Shown here in pieces: positions 58,320-64,000 of a stretch of DNA of 64,000 nucleotides (the first letter of the stretch is position 1; each line of letters opens with the position of its first letter). Origin of the DNA: Macrostomum lignano (Eukaryota); NCBI GenBank assembly GCA_002269645.1, contig NIVC01001521.1, positions 210,702 through 274,701 on the forward strand, read 5' to 3'. The position numbers and the translations under genes were made by a program. The notes under the pieces are model-generated. The model made no database searches. It was not told the DNA's origin and worked only from the letters and a program-made list of their open reading frames with translations.

Positions 58320-59689
58320 GTTTGGTAAACACTAGCCGGTAAGAAGTGGTAAAGTGCTCACCGGTAGTGATGGCTGGTCAATGGCAAATTGTGACAAAAT
58401 AATAAAATCAGGTTGCGCCGTTTAGATTTCAAAATTGGGAATTTCAGGTTTCCTTTAGATTACTGTAAGTAGTCAGCTGCGATAGCTTTTCAAGTCTGAA
58501 TTATGAGAGTCCAAAAATGCACAAAAAATTTATGCTACTGGAACCAAAAAAATTACTAGTATGAATTGCTTACCATTAAATGCATGCCTATTCCAAAAAA
58601 TCAACCAAAAAAATTCAAAAAATTCAAAAAACCAGAGCATATAAAAAAAATCAACCCCGCACATATAACTCTCTCAGCTTGATCAGTTATCTAGGCTCTC
58701 TGCTTAGTTCTCCAGTTTTGATTTCAGCCAGCTAATTATGCGGAAAATAGAGACTTAGGATAGTTCTTGTACTTTTGCTAAACAGAAAAGTTTCGAACTG
58801 ATCACTCGAAATTAAGCTATTAATTTTTGTCGTGTAGACAAGAGGCCATTATCCAAATGATAATGCTTCCTCGGCCAATACGTTCATTATCGAATGCTGA
58901 CAGCGCTCGTAGTTTTTGTCTTGTTTGCAAAATCTAGAATCAGGCAGCTTTTTGGATGTGCGAAGCCTTGGTTTCATACGCAGGGCCTCACGGGTTTTGG
59001 GTTCAAAGGTTATACTCTGGAGCAGATTAGTACGGGACAGTCGGATTAGCGTACTGTGTGATCATAGTATCATTTCGATTTAAATCGGGGTGTTCTATCT
59101 GAGTGCTTCTCACGAATTGTTGTCCGCTATTCGGGCTTAGGTGGTATAAATTGCTTTAAGTGGCAACGGAGCTAGCTCAAATTCCCACCGCAATTCTCGG
59201 TATTCCGGCTAACAATGGCAAATGCTGTGCCGTTGGGCCTCTGGATGGTTTCCTGTGTCAGACATCCATGCCCTGAAAAGTATGTCTGGGGTCGACGGCT
59301 ACCGGAACGCGGGAACAGCCACGCTACTTTGGGTTTGGGTACAGGATTGTGAGGTCTGAAGTTACTTTGAGTTCGTACATTTACCATCTGCTTAGCCTAG
59401 GAGTCTGGAAAGTGTGTAGGTGTTACTTTCAGTAGTACAGTTTGCCAGTGCACAAGTAATTTTTCCTGGTTGCGGAATTTAGGGTTTGGAAGTTTGCTTT
59501 TGCCCTTTCGGTTCTTTCTTAGAATTGGAGGGGTATCTAATGTAAATACAGTAAGGAAAGCGGAGAGAATTACCCACACGGTGCCATGGTAGTATGTGCG
59601 AATTCCATTGTAGTATTGTTACCTCCTAAGTGAAGCGGGCTCAGGAGTCCCTGTTGACTGCGGGCCAGAGGAGGAAGACAGGATAAGGA

Positions 59690-60410
59690 ATAGAGAAGAT
59701 AAATACGAGCATAGGAGAAAGGAGGCGAATGAATAAATAAGAAGAGAGGAGACGAGAGGAGAGAAGAAATAGGAGAGGAGAGGAGAGAGGAGAGAAAAGA
59801 GGTGAGGAGATGAGATGAGAGGAAAGAGGAGAAGAGAGAGAAGAGGAGAGAGGAGAGGAGAGAGGAGAAGAGATGAAAGGAGAGGAGAGAGGAGAGGAAA
59901 GAGATGAGGAGATGAGAAGAGAGAGAGGAGAGGAGAGAGAAGATGAGAGAGGAGAGGAGAAAGAAGAGGAGAGAGGAGAAGAGATGAAAGGAGAGGAGAG
60001 ATGAGAGGAGAGAGGAGAGAGAGAGAGAGAGAAGAGGAGAAAAAGAGGAGAGAGGAGATGAGATTAAAGGAGAGGAGAGATGAGAGGAGAGAGGAGAGAG
60101 AAGAGAGAGAAGAGGAGAAAAAGAGGAGAGAGGAGATGAGATGAAAGGAGAGGAGAGAGGAGAGGAAAGAGATGAGGAGATGAGAATAGAGAGAGGAGAG
60201 GAGAGAGAAGATGAGAGAGGAGAGGAGAAAGAAGAGGAGAGAGGAGAAGAGATGAAAGGAGAGGAAAGAGGAGAGGAGAAAGAAGAGGAGAGAGAGAGGA
60301 AAGAGATGAGGAGATGAGAAGAGAGAGAGGAGAGGAGAGAGAAGATGAGAGAGGAGAAGAGAAAGAAGAGGAGAGAGGAGAAGATATGAAATGAGAGGAA
60401 AGAGGAGAGG
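59690..60410. repeat. Polypurine (GA) low-complexity tract with higher-order repeats
   Basis: Runs of gagaggagaggag and gagatgag. Confidence 0.93.
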
Positions 60411-60460
60411 AGCATTTTCAGACTTCTCGTTTCTTCCAACACAATTCCAACACAACACAA

Positions 60461-60555
60461 TTGCCGATCGGCAACCCCTGGCAGACGGTGGCGATCTATG
60501 TGCTGAAGGTGCCGACATCAGAACGAGGAAACAGCTACCTGCTTGTGATGCAATT
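60461..60555 (+). pseudogene. Gypsy integrase core fragment
   Basis: LPIGNPWQTVAIYVLKVPTSERGNSYLLVMQ matches the PWxxVAxD...GNxYLLV integrase pattern. Confidence 0.65.
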
Positions 60556-60874
60556 TAAGGAAAAGTTGTCCTATATTCATTAAAAATGTTATACCATTTT
60601 GTAGTAGGTGTTAATACCTTTATTAGGCAGTTGCTTCTTATTAAAATAGACAAAATACGAGTATCTGTTGTCAAGGGAACACACTGTGTATCACCTGTCT
60701 CTATCAAACCACTCAGGCGCGTCTACCGCTGCGCAGCTCTGGCCCCCTTCGTTCTTACTCTTAGATACCGTGGACAGTCTAAGTGCCGAAACTGGCTATT
60801 GCGCATCGACAGTTTAGCTTGAAAAAACACAATTCAAGCGTTAGTTTATGCTTCCAGATGGAGTGGTTCTTAGT

Positions 60875-62460
60875 TATTTTTCACGTTTTTTCCGCTGGGT
60901 TTCATCTGTCCAACAATATATGGGAGAGAAAAGCTGCCACGCTTACAGTCCAAAAACTTCTATTTTTACAGAAAGAAAGATACTTGAATAGACACAGCAG
61001 CTAGAGCTGCGGTCCTGCGAAACTATATAGACTTAAAATCCATTCATATAGAAATATATTCGAAGTGATGAATTGCTTCGTATGCTTAGATGCCAGACCA
61101 TGATGGGGTTGGTGCAGCGGGCATTGTGCGAGCTAAAAAACTCTCGGCAAGCCACTCCAGCTCAACTCAACACTGTTAGCTACCGAAGTTCCCTTTAATG
61201 AGCAGATAAAAAACTGCAGCAGATGCAAAACGAGCTGCAAGTATAACTCAAAGCTACACGCCAGCAGCTCGAGACGGGACTTCTGAAATCCACATTATTT
61301 CAGTGAGTAACAAAAATTGTTCAAATTACTAATATGGTAGAAACTTATCTGTAACTTTCTCATACACTCGATAATTTTAATAATTTTTATAAAATTTACA
61401 CGTTTCTACTCAATGATCAATCATAGACGAAAAGTAGTTGCGGTTGTATCATTGCGCAATTCTCCCTATTTTTTTTTTAGAGAACGCGAGTGTGTTACGT
61501 CCTGATAGAACTGTGACGATACTTGCATACTTAAATGTCGAATTTTAACTATCGCTGTAGTATTACTGGCAGTATAGTCCTAAATAGCAATTAGGGACAA
61601 AATACCAGCATTCAAAGTATTTTATAGCGAAATTGTCTCTTAAAATTTTATATTTCTCTTGGATAAACAAATAGACTGGAATGTGCAAAGAGCGTCCAGT
61701 ACCCTATATCTAATTGCAATACTCAGAAACCGAACATACCAGGTAACTACTGCTGTTAAGAAGTGATTAGTGATTAGAGTTAAGTAGCGCAGTTAATTTA
61801 TTTATTGAGCATATTTTTGTGAATGATACTGATAGTGTATTTTTCTTATATTGCTACTATTAGTAGACTATTAAATTAAAGTTTATTAAAATGATTTTAG
61901 GTTTCGGAGGTTTTAGGTTTTAGTTTGTCGTTTTGTCAGCCTTTTTATATACGGTATTTCGCGGCGGTCTCAGACAAGCTCTAAGCGAAGCGAGCTGTAG
62001 CTTAGTAATATCTGGACAAAAACTGCAACTGTAGTGCAGTGTAGTGCAGTTCGCGAAAGTTCTTTGTCACTACTTTATTCATTGTAAAGTTGGATGATTT
62101 TCTTCAAGATTCTTTTCCATATTATTTTGTATTTGTACTTATAGTCAAAATTGTACTTTTTACTACCTACAGCACCTAAGGCTCTAATAAGTTCATGGCA
62201 AACTTATCATGTTTATCAGCTACAATTTTGGAAAACAATGTTTAATTTTCAGAAAGAAACAACGCTTGAACTTCCTACTATACAATACTGCAGGTCTCGC
62301 CTAGGCTTGAAGCCTTCTGAGGCGGTAAAGGTGAGTCAGCAGAGCATTAATTTTCCTGTTACCTATGAAAGGCAGTAAAATTCATACATACTATTAGTAG
62401 GGCTGATAATTACACCCTCAATTACCCCAGCTAATGTTGGTACTCATTTGACAGCTGTGA
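60875..62460 (+). repeat. Diverged duplicate of the TRP gene upstream region (about 36428-38095)
   Basis: Collinear shared blocks include cagcagcta..gag, attcatata..gaaatata.tcgaagtga, ccagctcaactcaac, the UTR exon and caattaccccagctaatg. Confidence 0.75.
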
Positions 62461-64000
62461 GCTGAAGCGATGCAGATTTAATCAAAAACAAATTGTTCTG
62501 GGTGGGTCGAGAATCAAAGCATTGTCGACCTTTTATTTGTAAGTCCGACGTTCTAACCATAAGGTTACAACTCCATGAGAATCTTCGGGAAATCTATCAC
62601 CGACAAAACACTGGTAAACCATTTTTATATTCATCAACAGTCAGAAGTAGCACCCCAAGCGAGCGGTCTTCAAACCGCAAGTAACGCAACTTAGGGATAA
62701 ACCGCAAGCACACTTGAGTACCGCCTCCCGCTAGGGATTGTACTTTTGACTGTGCTGAGTATATTTTATATTTTGGAAATGTGCACTATATCTTGATATG
62801 GTTACATTCAATTCTGATGGTACAGTACGAGTATGCAGCAGTGTACCAATAAGTGGTGTAGTGGGGGCCAGACGAGGTGGACTTGCTACAGTCTCGGTGC
62901 GTAAGAAACACCTTTTGTGTCCCGCTGATTTTGCACCTGCGTTTAAACGTCGTTTGAGACAAAGCATATCGAGCGCCAGCATAGAATGCCAACCTAGGTG
63001 TGAAAAGTGAAGCGGATTTCTGTGTCTCTGAAGCGGATATTAGCCTTTTTATCACAAATGTACTCCTACTTAGTAAAAAAGTCAATACTTGGCGCGATAA
63101 TCTCTGCTTCTGGCTACAGCTTCAGAATTTGAATGACACCGAGAATCGATAAATATTTTACAGTATTAGTCTCGATTCTGTCTGCTTTAAGACATTGGAT
63201 CAAAGACATCTTTAAGAGGGTGAAAAATCCTGAGTGCTACAGATTGTACATTGGAAAAAGCGAAATTTTCACTAAATTTTGACAATTCTATTTGGAAATT
63301 GTTTCAAATACATTATAGAGGCTATAGCTATACCCATACGCTCATATTATTAGTGGCCAATTTTAGCATTTTAGTGGCCAATAGTAACATTTAAAATAAA
63401 GTTGGTCGCAGTTAGTACGCAGTTTAATTAACTGCTAGCGTGTCACATCTCAACACTGACAATTAACAGTCGAACTAGCAAAGGGATCCCCCCGATATTT
63501 TTGCTGCTCCTAAACGAAGCAACGCAGGCACAAGAAATTCAAGAACACAGGATGAATTTTTGCTGTCACCATCTCAAACAATAATCAAGTCGCCAGCCCT
63601 CCGGACCATCAATATATACATGCAAAGATTCTGCCAGAAGGTCGGATCTTTCCCATAGGTGCCAGGGTATTCAGTATCAGCGAAACTAGAGAAATTCGCG
63701 ACAGGGTGTGCTTGGTCACCTGGTTTAATCTTTTAAAGGTGCCGACGTTGTTGGGGTTTGTGACGGAATACTTGAGAGACTGGCTGATGATGTCCAGCAG
63801 TTGAGGGTTGCCGACTGTCGAGACTTTATCAGCGAAACTTTAGAAATTCGCAACAGTGTCCATTGTGACGATTTAAAGGCAGACTCAGTCCCAGGATCAA
63901 ATGACGAAGGCGAATAACAACGGAGGCAAATTGTGTAGCGGTAGCACTCAGACTTAAACGCAGTCAATGTAATTGTTAGGTTATGGCCGATGGCAACAAT

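Noticed and set aside
63470-63920. Possible exon fragments (QVASPPDHQYIHAKILPEGRIFP...) with a short internal duplication
   Set aside because: No recognisable domain, ambiguous splice sites, and too close to the window edge.

Overview
Eukaryotic, intron-containing and repeat-rich genomic DNA, probably from an invertebrate. The minisatellite-packed introns and GC-rich exon islands resemble a macrostomid flatworm, but that is inference only. Host genes on the + strand: an intronless 33-aa ankyrin-like repeat gene with a frameshift (4199-5520); LRRC34 (2 exons); a giant 6-exon SUN-domain protein of about 1926 aa; a CD36/scavenger-receptor class B gene (3 exons); and an ankyrin-repeat TRP channel with a TRPM-like pore and TRP helix. 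Two orphan exons lie near the window start. Mobile DNA: a solo LTR inside a satellite, an internally deleted Gypsy element, a Merlin (IS1595-like) derivative, a hAT-like MITE, a deleted mariner, a full-length decayed Mag-type Gypsy, and a Polinton/Maverick module (integrase, penton-like, basic protein, major capsid, adenain). Next to the Polinton is a 1.86-kb LTR present as a head-to-head inverted pair. About 18 tandem arrays are present. No rRNA gene, tRNA gene or CRISPR array was seen. Best leads: the giant SUN protein, the adenovirus-like Polinton late module with an LTR promoter pointing into it, the ankyrin/TRPM-like channel, and minisatellites that share a GTCACTCT core or amplify a splice donor. 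All alignments and identities were judged by eye.
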